A model generated the notes under the pieces. It was not told the origin of the DNA and made no database searches. It saw nothing but the letters and a program-made list of their open reading frames with translations. From the NCBI GenBank assembly GCA_951406725.2, contig OX597820.1, positions 111,042,001 through 111,106,000 on the forward strand: a stretch of DNA of 64,000 nucleotides, given 5' to 3'. Below, in pieces: positions 13,078 through 28,769 of this stretch (the first letter of the stretch is position 1; each line of letters starts with the position of its first letter). The stretch comes from Octopus vulgaris (Eukaryota). A program made the position numbers and the translations under genes.

Positions 13078-15035
13078 TAGGGATATGATATGAGTTTTTG
13101 ATTTGAGGGAAGTAAACAATTTTCTTATCAAAGTCGGTGAATGAGTAGGGAAAATAACATCTATTTTAAGTTTTCTTAATAAAATGTCAGCCCAACTGAA
13201 GAAATCTTACACCACTTTTGACCTGAATCCTTCAAAATTCTAACGAGATTCATAATGCCTATTCAAGTTTTTACCAAACTTGGTGTGCTGGATTAATGCA
13301 ATGCAGAAGCAGTATATCTCAAATTTCAGTTTTGAAGTTTAAGTAGTTTAGGAGTTATAGAGATTTTAATTTGTTATTACTTAGGCCCTACTTTAAGAAA
13401 TATCCTCTTCTTCTCCTTTTTATTTCTGTGACGCTAAAATCTCTGACTATATTATTTTTTCAGAATAGGAGGCTTATCCAACTAGAGTGTCTAAAATAAT
13501 GTCTTATAAGAGAAGTGCTCAAGTCACTCAAAGAAACAAAAAATTCTGGACGACGAATCTCGTGCAATTTGAAGACTCACATAGGAAAAGAAGACCCGTT
13601 CTTTTAGAAGAGCATTCTTTGGAAAACAACTGGAATTTTTGACATCACAAAAGAAAATGGTGAATGGCTGTGCCGTGAGGAAAGGAGGTTATATTATCTT
13701 CAAATTGAAAGCAAGGGACAGGTTGGATATACAACTGGAAAAGCAGCCAGTTCCAAAACTATTCATCTATCCTAAAGAAGAAAAGTGTCCTAAATGCCAA
13801 CTTAAAGCAGAGCAACTCCAGAGCCATCGTCAATGTCTGAAGCAGAGATTGAAAGTGAATATCAGGAGTCCGAAAAATCAGATGAAGAATCCACACAAAT
13901 AAGGAGGAAGTACAGCAAAACTGTAACTGCAACCAAGTTAGTAATATCTTCCAAGTTATCAACCCAAAAAGCAGCAACAGTTTGTCGGCAATTATCTCAA
14001 GATGGAATCAACGTCGAGGTTCCTTCCTGATCTGGTATTTACAGATCGATTATCAAAGAAGCTGCTAAACTAAAGGAGAAAATGAAGAAAACACTACATT
14101 TAGAAAACTGGTTATTGCATTTTCAAGGTAAACATATTGATGAACAACAATACCAAGTATACCAAGTGCTAGTTTTCAAGAATGAACAGGGTGAAGTTAA
14201 GTTAGAAGGACTCCAATTACCAAAGGGAAAAACCGATACTGTTGTGAAAGGAATAACAGCTGTTTTAGATGAATACAATTTATGGACCTGTGTAAAGATG
14301 ATTGTCGCTGATTCAATGGGTGTAAACACTGGGGGAAAATGGCATTGTCATTCAATTCCAAAGACTGTTTGCATAAAAAGGGTTTGAAAGAACCGCAATT
14401 TATTAGTTGTAAGCATCATATCCTTGATAGAGTTCTTCGTGTTGTAATGGATAACGAACTTGGAGAAAAAATTCATCTTCTCCCAATATTGAATATACAT
14501 TCATCTCATAGCTTCTAAGTAATTACGAGAAACTCCAGGCTAATTTCAACAACGGTGAAAAAGAAAATTACTGGATCAGCAGGATGGCGACATGACGTGA
14601 ACTTTCTATTTCATTTGACCAGAGTTTTTCGTTTCTTTGAAGAAACCGGACAATTTTCTACTATAAAGTTTCAAAAAATACCCAACTTAAGTAATGCAAG
14701 ATGGAATTCTCAAGCAACACTAGCTCTTTTGGTATTTATTCTTCTAACAGAGAAAAGAGTTTTGCTTCTCAATGTTTGTCGATTCATCTCTTACAGCTGG
14801 GCTGATTTTTGGTTTACTGACCAAGTGTTCAAAGCACATGATTATCAGAAGTTATGTGGTAGCCTGTAAGTTCATAAAAACGCATCATAAAAGACTTTTA
14901 GAGTCGAAAACCACCAAAACTGGAAATTCCCGAACAAATCAGAGTGCAGAACGGGCAATCATGTGCCTTCAAGATCTTTATTATGTTCGTAAAAAGGAGA
15001 AGCTCCAGCTTCGATTTATTTTATCTAACAATTCA
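13078..15035 (+). mobile_element. hAT-superfamily (hATm-like) DNA transposon remnant
   Basis: TAGGG left end; frameshifted transposase with LHFQGK (LHxDGK), MIVADSMGVNTG, ISCKHHILD (CxxH) and TNQSAERAI (catalytic E). Subfamily assignment is from recall. Confidence 0.7.
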
Positions 15036-15303
15036 ATAATAACAGTTAAACAAAAACGGTACTCGTATGGAGCGTATACACTTCCAATTCACTAACACAA
15101 ATAAATCACTAACCACAATGCCGACGTCCTCTCAACGATTAGCCGGAGATGATTTTTAAAATGAGAGTATCTGAAATAAACTTGACTGCCCTCACAATCG
15201 AGAATATTAAAAATGAACCCGACCGCTCTCAAAAATTAAGTAGAGTCTATATTTCCCCAAAATATAGACTCTACTTCAAATACTAAGAACTGTTACACAC
15301 ACG

Positions 15304-15344
<41 letters not shown>

Positions 15345-15964
15345 ACACACACACACACTGAAACACACGCTTAGGCACACACTCATCACATACAAACATT
15401 CACACACAAGCACAGCATACGTGCGAGCACACACACGCGCGCGAGTGCGGGTGTAAACGATAGTTACAGTAACGTGACTATCAACAAAAACAATCATTGT
15501 CGTCATCATCGTTATCATAAATACAGCCATCATCCTCTTCCTCCTCATCCTCATCATCACCATCATCATCATCATCATCATCTTCACCACCATCATCATC
15601 ATCAACATCAGCAGCAGTACCATCGAGGGGTATAGAACAGTAGTAGTAGTAGTAGATTGCGTGTCCAAATACTTTTGCAGTGGCGTGTATGATGGCGTAG
15701 CACAACTGATGACAATAGCATATTAATTACGAACGTATGTAACTGCCTTTATAACACATGTAAATGTTAGCTGAGGTGAATACAACTTTGTTACACACGT
15801 GATTAGATACACACATTGAAATCATTAATCGCATTCGTGCATGAATGCTTAACAAAATATAGATACATCCACACTAGATACCTAGCAACAAACATATTTA
15901 CATATAAGTGTGCACGCATGTATGCGAATATACATGTTTGGTTACGTACATATACAAATCATAT

Positions 15965-16125
15965 GCGCAGGCGTGGCTGTGTGGTAAGAAGCTTACTTCC
16001 CAACCACGTGGTTCAAGGTTCAGTCCCACTGCATGGCATCTTGAGCAAGTGTCTTCTACTATAGTCTCGGGCTGACCAAAGCCTTGTGTGTAGATTTGGT
16101 AGACGGAAACTGAAAGAAGCCTGTC

Positions 16126-16183
<58 letters not shown>

Positions 16184-16410
16184 ATATTTATACCTGTCTG
16201 CCTGTCAGTCTGCGCCTGTGTTTGTACCCCCGCTATCGATTGACAAACGATGCTGGTGTATTTATGCTCCCGTAACTTAGCGGTTCGGTAAAATAGTCCG
16301 ATAGAATAAGTACTAAGCTTACAAAGAATAAGTCCTGGGATTTGTTCGAGCAAAACCCTTTAAGTACGTGAATGGCCAGCCAAAATAACTGAAACAACTA
16401 AAAGAATAAA
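15965..16410 (+). mobile_element. SINE family A
   Basis: A-box tggctgtgtgg, B-box ggttcagtccc, internal (TA)n, tail ...ctgaaacaactaaaaga. Confidence 0.9.
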
Positions 16411-16469
16411 AGAAAAAAAGAACACATGCATACAGACAAATTTTTCGTACGTACATATTTATATATATA

Positions 16470-16660
16470 GGTTTCAAAGTTTGGTCCCAGTGCCAGCAAT
16501 TTCGAGGGATGAGGTAACTCGATTACTTCGACTCCAATGCTCAGCTGGGACTTATTTTATCGACTTCAAAGGAATGAAAGGAAAACTCGACTCCGGCGAC
16601 ATTTGAACTCAGACGAAATGCTGCTAGGAATTTTTGCTCGACGTACCAGTAATTCAGCCA
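16470..16660 (-). mobile_element. SINE family B, diverged
   Basis: ttattttatcgac...gaatgaaaggaaaactcgactccggcgacatttgaactcaga matches the reverse complement of 32491-32728. Confidence 0.7.
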
Positions 16661-17654
16661 TTTGATACATACATACATACATACATACATACATACATAC
16701 ATACATACATACATACATACATACATACATACGTACGTACGTACGTACACTGCATAAATACCAATCTTGAGAAATTAGCCTCCTCAAAGCCAGAAAGAAG
16801 ATGAGGCTACATTAAATTATATGTTTAAAAAATTCACATAATCTATAATATAAATTGGACATGGGCGATCGTTGTATTATTTCTTGTCTTGAGGTTCACA
16901 GCCAAACGGCCGGGTGGATACGCATGAAAAATGGCATACATGTGGAGATGGGTGCATAGATTGGAATGCGGCTTATATTTTTTTCCTAGCCCCCATACTT
17001 ACCGAGAAAACCGATCGAAACTTTTTCTAATGGAATTTTCCTGTTTGTTCCGCCATTAAAACGACTAGTTGCTCACAAGCCGGCATATACCATTTCGCTA
17101 ACAACAAGGGGAGTACAGGAGAGTAAGCCAAAACTTTCTCTATGCTGTCTCTCTTCTTTCACTTCCTTGTAGGGTTAATAATCTTAATCTTTAGTTAGTT
17201 TCTCATTCAAACTACATGATAGGCAGAATTGTCAGATTAAGACAATATGATGTTTCGAGGAAGATTTGGCTGCTATTTCTACCAGGTCTAATTACCATGT
17301 AGAGGTCTGAACTTAATTTTCATTCGCATATTTGCATTTCAAAAATTTAACATAATCTTTTCCATAAATCAACAATCGTAAAAAATTTATACCATGACCT
17401 TTTCTATGTTCATAATTAAATCAATGTTTTAATGATTAGACAGAGGTCCAATAGATTGGCTCTCAGAAACAGATTACGTACAAATTCGTTCTTCACAACT
17501 CCTGAAGCTGTTTTCTGGCAGGGAGGGGGGTCAGGAAATTTTCATACATCTGGAGGCTCCAATTGAAACAGGGGACCCAAAATGATAAGGTCGAGAAATG
17601 CTGTTATAGATTATGCCTAACCGAAAACGATCACGGCCACATCCTCCAAACAGA

Positions 17655-17681
17655 CCGGGTGAAACCGGGCTTTGCTGCTAG
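17655..17681 (+). mobile_element. Helitron-type 3' terminus
   Basis: ccgggtgaaaccgg hairpin followed by CTAG|T; a similar end lies at 32464-32490. Confidence 0.6.
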
Positions 17682-18239
17682 TATATATAAAGCACAAACA
17701 AAACAAATGGAAAACATACACAGAATGTCACCAGTATTTCGTCAGTTACCGTCCAAAGGATCGTAGCAAAGCGTGAAATTGCTGCGATCCTTTGGACGAT
17801 AACTGGCGAGGATTTGGTGACATTTTGTGTTTTCCATTTGTTCCGTTTGTTTGTACTTATATATATTATACGTGTTTTTTTTATACAAACACACACTCAC
17901 GTGCGCGCGCTCATGCACACGCACACACAAACATACACACACACACACATATATAGGCAAGTATATACATACTTAAGTACAGGCATATATATGCATATGG
18001 TCATGAAGATTGGGAGTATATTAACGAAACCTGTTAATGTTTACATCAACAGTGACAACGATAGTGTTGAATTTAGATGAGGGGGTGTACAGTCATAATG
18101 TTTATGCAAATGCTAGTACTGTCTCCCTCAGTAACACTAACTTTATAGTAAAGGGGAAATTAGTATACACAGCAGTTAAAATAATAAGAAAATAAAAATA
18201 ATAATAATTTAAGTTCTTGAGAATAGATGAAGAACTCTT

Positions 18240-18450
18240 TAAATAGGTTCTCTGGATGTATAGCTGTTCTATATGAACCAAGATAACAGGATTGAGCGAT
18301 TTAAACAGAAATTGAAAGGTGAAACACTGATCATACTGCGATATGTTACACATTCATATCCTGCAAGGTAGAATATACCAGCATCATTCACAGGAATAGT
18401 AGCATCTCTTGGATCTCACCGAGATTATGTATTTGCTATCCAGCAATAAG
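18240..18450 (-). mobile_element. Possible piggyBac-like transposase C-terminal remnant
   Basis: Minus-strand peptides SKYIISVRSKRCYY and VNDAGIFY weakly resemble the YRIxIRSKKWYW and NAWILY motifs. Confidence 0.3.
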
Positions 18451-19549
18451 AAACAGTTACTAAATAGCTAATTAAAAGAGAGAGATAAAGTAGTCTCTGG
18501 AACTCCATGTTGTTACTGAAAATGTCAATCATGCCATACCTGTCTGGAAGACATCACCCACATCATCAGAAGCCGTGTAAAAATATTCACATGAGACAGG
18601 ACATTGTTGCTAAAACGTCTACAATGCTTATACGCAGGAAGGACTGTCCAGGTCACTATATCAAAGGCATACCAGAACCAGAATGTATCCACGCGTTTAA
18701 AACTAGGGAATGCTGGTAGAATGCCAATAAAAACCCATGAGAGCTAAAGTTAATAAGCAAGCTTGTGATAGCCATTCCTTTTCAATTGTAAGTTCATAGA
18801 TGCAGACTTCGTCTAGATCCGAAAAGTTCCTGTTCCTAAGAAAGTTTCAACTTTATTAACACATTCTCTTCTCTTACCTCTCTTCTTTAAAAAATAAGGT
18901 TTTCGCTGGCTGTCAGTATTTAATCATACGATGTTAAATGGACAGCCTTCATTACACTAACTATTACTAATCACACCGCTAAATTTACCATCACCATTTT
19001 CAACTACCTTCGCAACTGCCACAATCCACCACCAACAATGCCACCGTCGCTAGTTTTAAAGATCCGTCAGCACGGCAACAGAAGTGAGGAGATAGTGTAT
19101 TTATGGAATACAAGCTGCTGTATATGATGGCTGTCAGTACTGCCGACAATGTTTGGAGTGTATTTAATAGCAGCACCGTCCCAGATGTAGAAGTATTCCA
19201 TTGTGAATATCATTACGTTTTGTAGAGAGGCGAAAGTATTTATTGTCTTGAAGATGAAAACTAATCTTTAAGACGCAAGTTTTGCTGTTATGAACATGAG
19301 ATTGCCATGGGAATATCGTCAGGGATTGTATGCTTTGTAGTGAAGGATGATATTATGTATGTGCTGTTGGAGATGGCGGCAAATGCATTATATGTGTGTG
19401 AGTGCGTGTTTGTGTGTGTCTGTCTGTCTCTGTGTGTACACATACATATATACATACATACATACATACATACATACACACATACATACACACATACATA
19501 CATACATACATAAATACATGCGTAAATAGCACCTACACACACATATGTG

Positions 19550-19751
19550 TGTGTGCATGTGTTTGTCCCCCCCCCCCAACATCATTTGACAACCGATGCT
19601 GGTGTGTTCACGTCCCCGTAACTTATCGGTCCGGCAAAAGAGACCGATAAAATAAGTACTATGGTTACAAAGAATATGTCCTGAGGTCGATTTGCTCGAC
19701 TAAAAGCGGTGCTCCAGCATGGCCGCAGTCAAGTGACTGAAACAAGTAAAA

Positions 19752-19755
<4 letters not shown>
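19550..19755 (+). mobile_element. SINE family A, 3' half
   Basis: ttgacaaccgatgctggtgtg...gcggtgctccagcatggccgcagtc...ctgaaacaagtaaaaga. Confidence 0.85.
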
Positions 19756-19826
<71 letters not shown>

Positions 19827-20050
19827 CATACATACATACATATATATATATATATACATACATACATACATACATACATACATACATACATGCATGCACA
19901 TATATATACATACACACATACACAAACACGCAAATACATACATACATATATCACTTGATCACGTGACCGACAAGACTATCGGATGCTGTTTTACATTGCT
20001 GATCGCAATGCACTTTACATCGCTGTAGTTTTCGAACACGTGTGTGTATA

Positions 20051-20099
<49 letters not shown>

Positions 20100-20101
<2 letters not shown>

Positions 20102-21045
20102 CAATATCTATATACCCAGGCCTATTCCCCATTTTTTTAGGAGGAGGTAGCCACAAGATACACACTAGGCGTTCCATTCATATCCCAGCTCACAGAAGCT
20201 AGCCCCGTTCTATGCTCGTGTCAAGGCATAGAACGCACTCCCCAATATCAGCAGCGGGTTCCGACCACAGATGCTGGTTTACCCCCACACATCATGCTGG
20301 TTCGGTACCCCTTTGAGCAACATGAAATTCACTCATCCATCCATAAACACTCTCCAAGCTTTCCTATCACGTATAAACTCTATTGCCTCTCTCACTCCAA
20401 CACCTCCAACTACCAAAGCTTTCCTCACTCCATCCATCCACACAAACTGAAGTCTGCCACTGATTCTTCTGCCTACCACGCCTGTCTTCATCACCGTCCT
20501 TACCATCTGCTCCTCCTCCATCCTCCCCATGTGGTCAAACCACCTCAACATTCGTCTATCCATTTTGATTGTTAGTTTTCTCTCATCCTTGCTCACCGTC
20601 GCACCTCCTCATTCCTCATCCTATCCATCTCTGTGACACCAACCATAGCCCTCAGACATCACATCTCAAACGCATCTAGTTGCTTCCTTTCCACCTCTCT
20701 CAGCCCCCTCTGCACCATATAACATCGTCGGCACAATCATGCCCTCATACTCAACCTTTTATCTCTCAGCATACCGTTCACAACTCCAAGTATCTTACTC
20801 CCCTCCCTCACTCTGTATCCCACTTCCTCAGCCAACCCCACCATCCACAGTCACATGTGATACCAGATACTTAAAAACACTCACCTCCTCTAACACCTCA
20901 CCATTTATACTCACATTCATCCTACCAGCCATTCCATCTCTCCAACATCTCATCACCTTACTCTTAGCTAAATTCCCTTTCAGTTTCCTCCTCTCACAAA
21001 CTCTTCCAAACTCTACCACCAGTCTCCTCAGCCACCAGTTACGTA
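20100..21045 (-). mobile_element. RTE-type LINE 3' fragment
   Basis: LVVEFGRVCERRKLKGNLAKSKVM, LEEVSVFKYL, LRWFDHMGRM, WMDGV, DRKAWR. Confidence 0.85.
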
Positions 21046-21132
21046 TCATCATCAAACAACTGACTCACCTGCCATTTCTCTCCATTTTCTCCCATCATTT
21101 AGGCTCCCCTACCAAAACAACAAAAGATGTGT

Positions 21133-21177
<45 letters not shown>

Positions 21178-21178
<1 letters not shown>

Positions 21179-21390
21179 GCGCAGGAATGGCTGTGTGGTA
21201 AGAAACTTGCTTCCCAACCGCATAGTTCCGAGTTCAGTCCCACTGCGTGGCACCTTGGGCAAGTGTCTTCTACTGTACCCTCAAGCCGACCAAAGCCTTA
21301 TGAGTGGATTTTTTGCAGACGGAAACTGAAAGAAGCCCGTCGTATATATATATATATTTATATATATATATATATATGTATATATATACA

Positions 21391-21484
<94 letters not shown>

Positions 21485-21670
21485 CATACATATATTTGCT
21501 TGTCTGTGTTTGTCCTCCCACCATCGCTTCACAACCGATGTGTGTTTACCTCCCCGTCTCAAAAGCGAGCGATAGAATAAGTACTAGGCTTATAAAGAAT
21601 AAATCCTGGCGTCGATTTCTTCGACTAAAACCCTCTAAGGTGGTGCTGAAACAAGTAAAAGAATAAAAGA
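21178..21670 (+). mobile_element. SINE family A
   Basis: ggcgcaggaatggctgtgtggtaag head; internal (TA)n(CA)n. Confidence 0.9.
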
Positions 21671-21689
21671 ATATATATATATATACATA

Positions 21690-22015
21690 TATTTCGTTTT
21701 GGGATTTGGTTTGCAAGATTCTTTATGTGAGTTCGTGTGTTGAAGCATATTTTTTTGTTGTTGTGCCTTATTATTTAACACACTCACGGGTAAAGTTTCC
21801 ATTCATTTACTTATTTCTTTTTCTAAAATTTTCGTTGCGTACAAACAAAAAGAACGCAGCTCGGATAACGGAAAGAGTCAACGATTATTGAAAAGGTTGC
21901 AAGACGCAACGAAAATTTTTAGAAAAATAAATAGGTAAATGAGTGGAAACTTTACTGGTGAGTGTATTAAATAATAAGGCACTAAAAGAGAATGACTCTT
22001 CCCAGACACAACAAT
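21690..22015. repeat. Small repeat family in inverted arrangement (other copies at 32740-32883 and 58830-58955)
   Basis: Arms 21763-21840 and 21904-21982 are reverse complements; the family carries CTGAGGA-gagtca...tgactc. Confidence 0.7.
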
Positions 22016-22037
22016 ACATATATACATATATATATAT

Positions 22038-22635
22038 AATCAGGGCAACTACATGGTAGAGCCACATGCAAGAAGAAGATGGCAAATGACTCTAAAACTA
22101 CTATATTTATCACATAGACACGAGTTGAAAGCGAGGGAAATGAACGAAAACGATTTTAAAGTTTAGCCATAGATCAATTGATTTCTAGTTCAGAGATATA
22201 ACTTCTTTTACCGTCATCAGTTTGACATAACTGAGTGTACATAATTATAAGCATTTATATATATACCATACAAACATAAACGTAACCCCAGTGAATCTAC
22301 AAATGTTCACACCTATATGCACAGTTTAAATCTAGATCGCTCATTTCAGTCACTTGTGAATAACCAAAATAATTCAGTAGCGAATAAATTGATTTAAGTG
22401 AATTCATATTTATTATTATTATAATCAACGATAAAATCTATATAGGATTTTATCGAGTAGGTAGCATGTAAAGCCTTTTAGGTATAAATTAATACAGAGT
22501 GTATAAATTTTTTATAAAAAATCTTTTTCGTTCATTTCCATCGCTTTCGGCCCGTGTTTATGTGATAAAGTAGTTTTACAGTCACTTGTCATCCTCTTCT
22601 AGCATCTGGCTTCCCCATGTAGTTGCCCTTATAAT
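22038..22635 (-). mobile_element. Penelope-pLTR-like element with inverted ends and a hammerhead-like motif at 22166-22226
   Basis: Arms 22038-22160 / 22515-22635; minus strand gtcaaa-CTGATGA-cggt...acta-GAAA-TCAATTGA-TC-tatggc with palindromic stem III ATCAATTGAT. Confidence 0.7.
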
Positions 22636-22708
22636 TATTATTAAAAAAATTATATACTCTGTATTAATTTATACCTAAAAGGTTTTACAGATAATATAAT
22701 AATATATA

Positions 22709-22806
<98 letters not shown>

Positions 22807-22849
22807 ATCCAGACTGTAATACTTGATAATATAATAATATATATATATG

Positions 22850-22953
<104 letters not shown>

Positions 22954-22978
22954 TAATAAAAAGAATTCTATTTTCATA

Positions 22979-23034
<56 letters not shown>

Positions 23035-23290
23035 GATATTAGAAGAACAACTTAAACTATGGCACTGGATTTAGAAGTATATTGAAAAGGCATGGAAGAG
23101 ATACCTAGACGACTGTTTCATAATCTGGACAGAATCTCTAAATACTCTGGAAGAGTTCAATATCCTCCTGAACAACCTACACCCATCTCTCAAATTTACA
23201 AAGGAGATGAGTAGTACCAAATTACCATTCCTGGATATAATGATATTTCAGGAACAAACGCCTAATAGAACTAAGATCCAGACTGTCAAT
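23035..23290 (+). mobile_element. Penelope RT fragment
   Basis: WKRYLDDCFIIW...LNNLHPSLKFTKE...LPFLDIMI, paralogous to the 35807-37336 ORF. Confidence 0.85.
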
Positions 23291-23546
23291 ATATAAACAC
23301 AAAACCGGAAAATATTCACAAACGCGAATATGAACTGCGTTTAATTTACTGCATCAAATGCCCAAATACGACGGGAAACGCACTTCGCTGTTTTTACTCA
23401 ACACGCCCCACTTTTTTTATTGATAAATTCTCAATATATATATATGTATATGTATATAGTATATGTATATTGCCACCATCATAGCAACAATAATTAAGTA
23501 TATGATATATATATATATATATATACAACATAAAAATAACCCAACA

Positions 23547-23579
<33 letters not shown>

Positions 23580-23624
23580 ATATATATATAGCACTAGCCT
23601 ATATATATATATATATATATATAC

Positions 23625-23682
<58 letters not shown>

Positions 23683-23775
23683 TTGTAAATAAAACGTGAA
23701 AATCAGACAAGGTTGGAATTCTTTTTATTAATATATTCTTCTATACACAATCACACACACCCATATATATATATA

Positions 23776-23895
<120 letters not shown>

Positions 23896-24227
23896 GGGCG
23901 TGGAGAAAAACAGAATCTTAGGCCACGCCAGAGTTATTACAGTCTGGATCAATACGAAATATCAAAAATAAAACCCTGGCGAACAGCAAGTATTATGAAC
24001 ACAGATAATGAAAAGGGAGGATCTCCATTGACAAAAATAAACACCGAATCTAACAGAGCATATTAAGAATGACTAGATATGTTATTGCTTGGATTCTCCC
24101 TGTTCTTTCTGCTCTTCATGGGTTAATTTCTGTTTGGCAAGCATCAGTATACATCAGCAAATAATTTGTTCAGTGAGTTTTATATGCAAGAGTTTAGGTT
24201 CTTGTCAGATTCATCGGTCCGATGGTT

Positions 24228-24280
24228 AGCTTTGACTGAAGAGACAGAATGAGATCGAAACACTGCAATGTTTCAAAGTT
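24228..24280 (+). ncRNA. Type I hammerhead-like motif
   Basis: agctttga-CTGAAGA-ga...tc-GAAA-cactgcaatg-TT-tcaaagtt: 8-bp stem I, near-palindromic stem III, weak stem II. Confidence 0.6.
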
Positions 24281-25749
24281 TCATTACACCGCAGAATCGC
24301 GTGTGTTATGAACACACATCATCAGAAGCGAGGAGGTGTTCTCCAAAGACGAAAAGCAACAGTGAAAAGATATTCATATTCGAATCTGCCAGAACGTATT
24401 GATAATGAACAATATGTTATTGTTAATATAAAACATGTTCCACTACACAACCTCAAAGTTTATTTACATTTTTCCAAGTTATTTCTTCTTTCTTATTTAA
24501 TTCTTTTAACAATTAAACAAATTTTACTGCCTTTTCAGTTCAACAAAGTTAAAAGGAATCTGTCGAGCGAAAATTACAACTTTATTTTCTTCACCACCAC
24601 TACATTCGTGATATACACCGACTACATGCCTCTATCAGTCCTTTTTGGCACCATTAAAGTTCGATTGACTTCACTATTGAACACCACCGACACACCAACT
24701 AAACTACAAGCCACACTCCACCATCAGCACCACCGACAGCAGCAGCAACAATGCACCTACTTGCAACATCATACAGTTTCACTTTACCATTGACTGATTG
24801 CACCAGATGTGTGTGTGTAAACTTACATACGTCACACAAACCCAGACATACATAATAAAGATGCATCTACGTACACATACATACATACATTCATACATAC
24901 ATACATACATACATACATTCATGCATACATATATGTATGTATACACACAAACACACACATGTATGTGTGTGTGTATGTGTGTATATATATATATATGCAT
25001 GTATGTATGTATGGGTGTGTATATATGCATACGCATGTATATGTATATGTACATATGTATGTATATGCGTGCATGTGTGTATATGTGTATAAATGCAAAT
25101 ATATTTGACTTTACTACCTTTTCTAATGCCATTCTCGTTTAATGTTCATTCATTCCTCCCTTCCTTCCTCCATTCCATTTTTCCTCTCTTCATTCTTTCT
25201 GTCATCTCTTTCTTAAATTTACACCCCTCTCCATCTCCCCCTTCCTCCATCTCCCTATTCCTCCATCTCCCCATTTCTCCATCTCCCACCCCAATCCCTC
25301 TTTCCATCTCCTCCCCCTCTCTCTCAGCTACTTTAAAACGTCCCTCTCCCCTACACTACACATCTTTACCTCTATTTCCCATTCATTTAACTTTTTTGTG
25401 AATTTGTCTTGTATATGTTTTTCGGTTTTCTTTTCTGCCCATTAAACACTTCTTTCAGATAGATTAAGATAGCTTGCTGAAAATACATTCCACTAATTAA
25501 CTGCAATATTAAAAGGCAATGGTGAATTCCGGAAACATTGCTGAAACATCGGACAAAATTAATTCCGGTTGGATTGTTACATCCCATTTAAATTCAAAGT
25601 TCAAATTCCGCCTAAGGTGACAGTTCATTTAATCTTTCCTGACGTTGATAAAATAAGTACCAGTAAAATACTGGGTCAATCAACTGTTCACAAACATTAC
25701 CATTATGTAAGGCTTTGTGCCAATGTCATAATTCTTTACAAAATAATAA

Positions 25750-25960
25750 TGGTATCAGATTTTGGCACAAGGCCAGCAATTTTATGGAGAGGGAATAAAT
25801 CGACATCATCCACTCCACTGTTCGACTGGAACTTACTTTATAGTCCTCGAAAGAATGAAAGGCAAAGAAAATTGGCCTCAGCGGAATTTTAACTCAGACC
25901 GTAAACCCGGAACAAATGCCACAAGGCATCTTGTTCCGCATGCTAGCGATTTTGTCGGTT
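25750..25960 (-). mobile_element. SINE family B, diverged (opposite-strand degenerate copy at 25515-25680)
   Basis: ttttggcacaaggccagcaattt...gaaagaatgaaaggcaaa...cagcggaattttaactcaga. Confidence 0.7.
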
Positions 25961-25967
25961 TGTCGTT

Positions 25968-26034
<67 letters not shown>

Positions 26035-26035
26035 T

Positions 26036-27355
<1,320 letters not shown>

Positions 27356-27409
27356 TGTATTCCTCACACATGGATCCTAGAAAAAATAGCCATGAACAAG
27401 GTAGCCTCA

Positions 27410-28550
27410 ATAATCATAAAATATATAACATTCCATGAATAAATGGCAGACAGTGCTACAGCTCCAGATAAAAGAGGAACTCATAAAAACCAAAGGCATC
27501 CCCATTAGAAGAGGAATATTCCAGGGAGACACGCTCTCTCCACTCCTTTTCTGCTTGGCACTAACACCTTTATATGACATGCTAAACTGGATGTGGATAC
27601 AACTGTTACGGCAAAACAATCAGCCACCTCATATACATGGATGACCTAAAACTGTAAGCTACAAATGATAAACAGCTAGAAACATTACTGCAGACAGTAC
27701 ATGGATCTACCAAAGAAATAAACATGAAATTCGGCTTAGAAAAATGTGCCAAAGCAACCTTGAAAAGAGAAAATCTAGTTACGAGTAACAACATCACACT
27801 AGATAAAGCAAATGAAATAAGAGAATTAGACCAAAGCCAGACATACAAATACTTAGGAATCAATGAACTAAATACGATACAGCACACGCAAATGAAAGAA
27901 AAAAAAAAGAATACTATAGATGAGTTACATAAATACTGAAAACAGAGCTCAATGCGAAAAATAAGATAATAGCTGTCAACACTTTAACCGTCCTAGTTAT
28001 AAGTTACAGATACAATATCCATAACTGGACACTAAATTAACTAATCAAAATAGACAGGAAAACAAGAAAAATAATGACAGGATCGAGGATGCACCACACA
28101 AAATCTGATATAGAAGGTGGTAGAGGCCTTATTGAGTTAGAAAACTAATATAAAATAACCGCCATAGGACTACAAAAATACCTACTTCAGAAGCAAGGAA
28201 AACTAATACAAATAGACGCAAAACACGAACAAAACAAAAACTGTTTTCAGTCTTTAAAGAAGCTGACAAATACAAAAAAAGAAGTCAAAGTATCTAACAA
28301 CTATGAAAAAAAAAAAGAAGAAACAACAAAAACAACTGAAATCCAAACTAAAACTGGAACAGCAACAGATCATGATAAAACGATGGCAAGAAAAGCCCCT
28401 ACATGGAAAATATTAGGTTAAACTAAATGCAAAAGAAATAGACAATGCAAAATCCCAACAATGGTTGAGAAGCTCAGGACTCAAAGCAGAGACTGAAGGA
28501 TCTTTAATTGCAGCACAAGACCAAAGCCTCCCCACCAGAAATTACCTAAG
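27410..28550 (+). mobile_element. Second R4/Dong-like RT fragment
   Basis: RRGIFQGDTLSPLLFCLAL, HLIYMDDLKL, MKFGLEKCA, YKYLGI, IAAQDQSLPTRNY; lies between (TAA)n tracts. Confidence 0.85.
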
Positions 28551-28611
28551 TTCACTGGTAGTGAACAGCTGACACCGTAGTAATCTCCATCGTTAGAAAC
28601 TGTGCAAAGGC

Positions 28612-28746
<135 letters not shown>

Positions 28747-28769
28747 TAATTAATAATTAATGATAATAA

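Noticed and set aside
15697-15748. CTGATGA...GAACGTATGTA hammerhead-like string
   Set aside because: A core A is missing and stems I and II are unconvincing.
24285-24332. Minus-strand CTGATGA plus 8-bp stem next to the plus-strand hammerhead (possible ambisense ribozyme pair)
   Set aside because: Reads CGATT instead of CGAAA and has no NUH triplet or stem I.
24308-24793. 161-aa ORF and a polypyrimidine/CAG acceptor at ~24538
   Set aside because: No recognisable domain, no clear donor, low-complexity composition.
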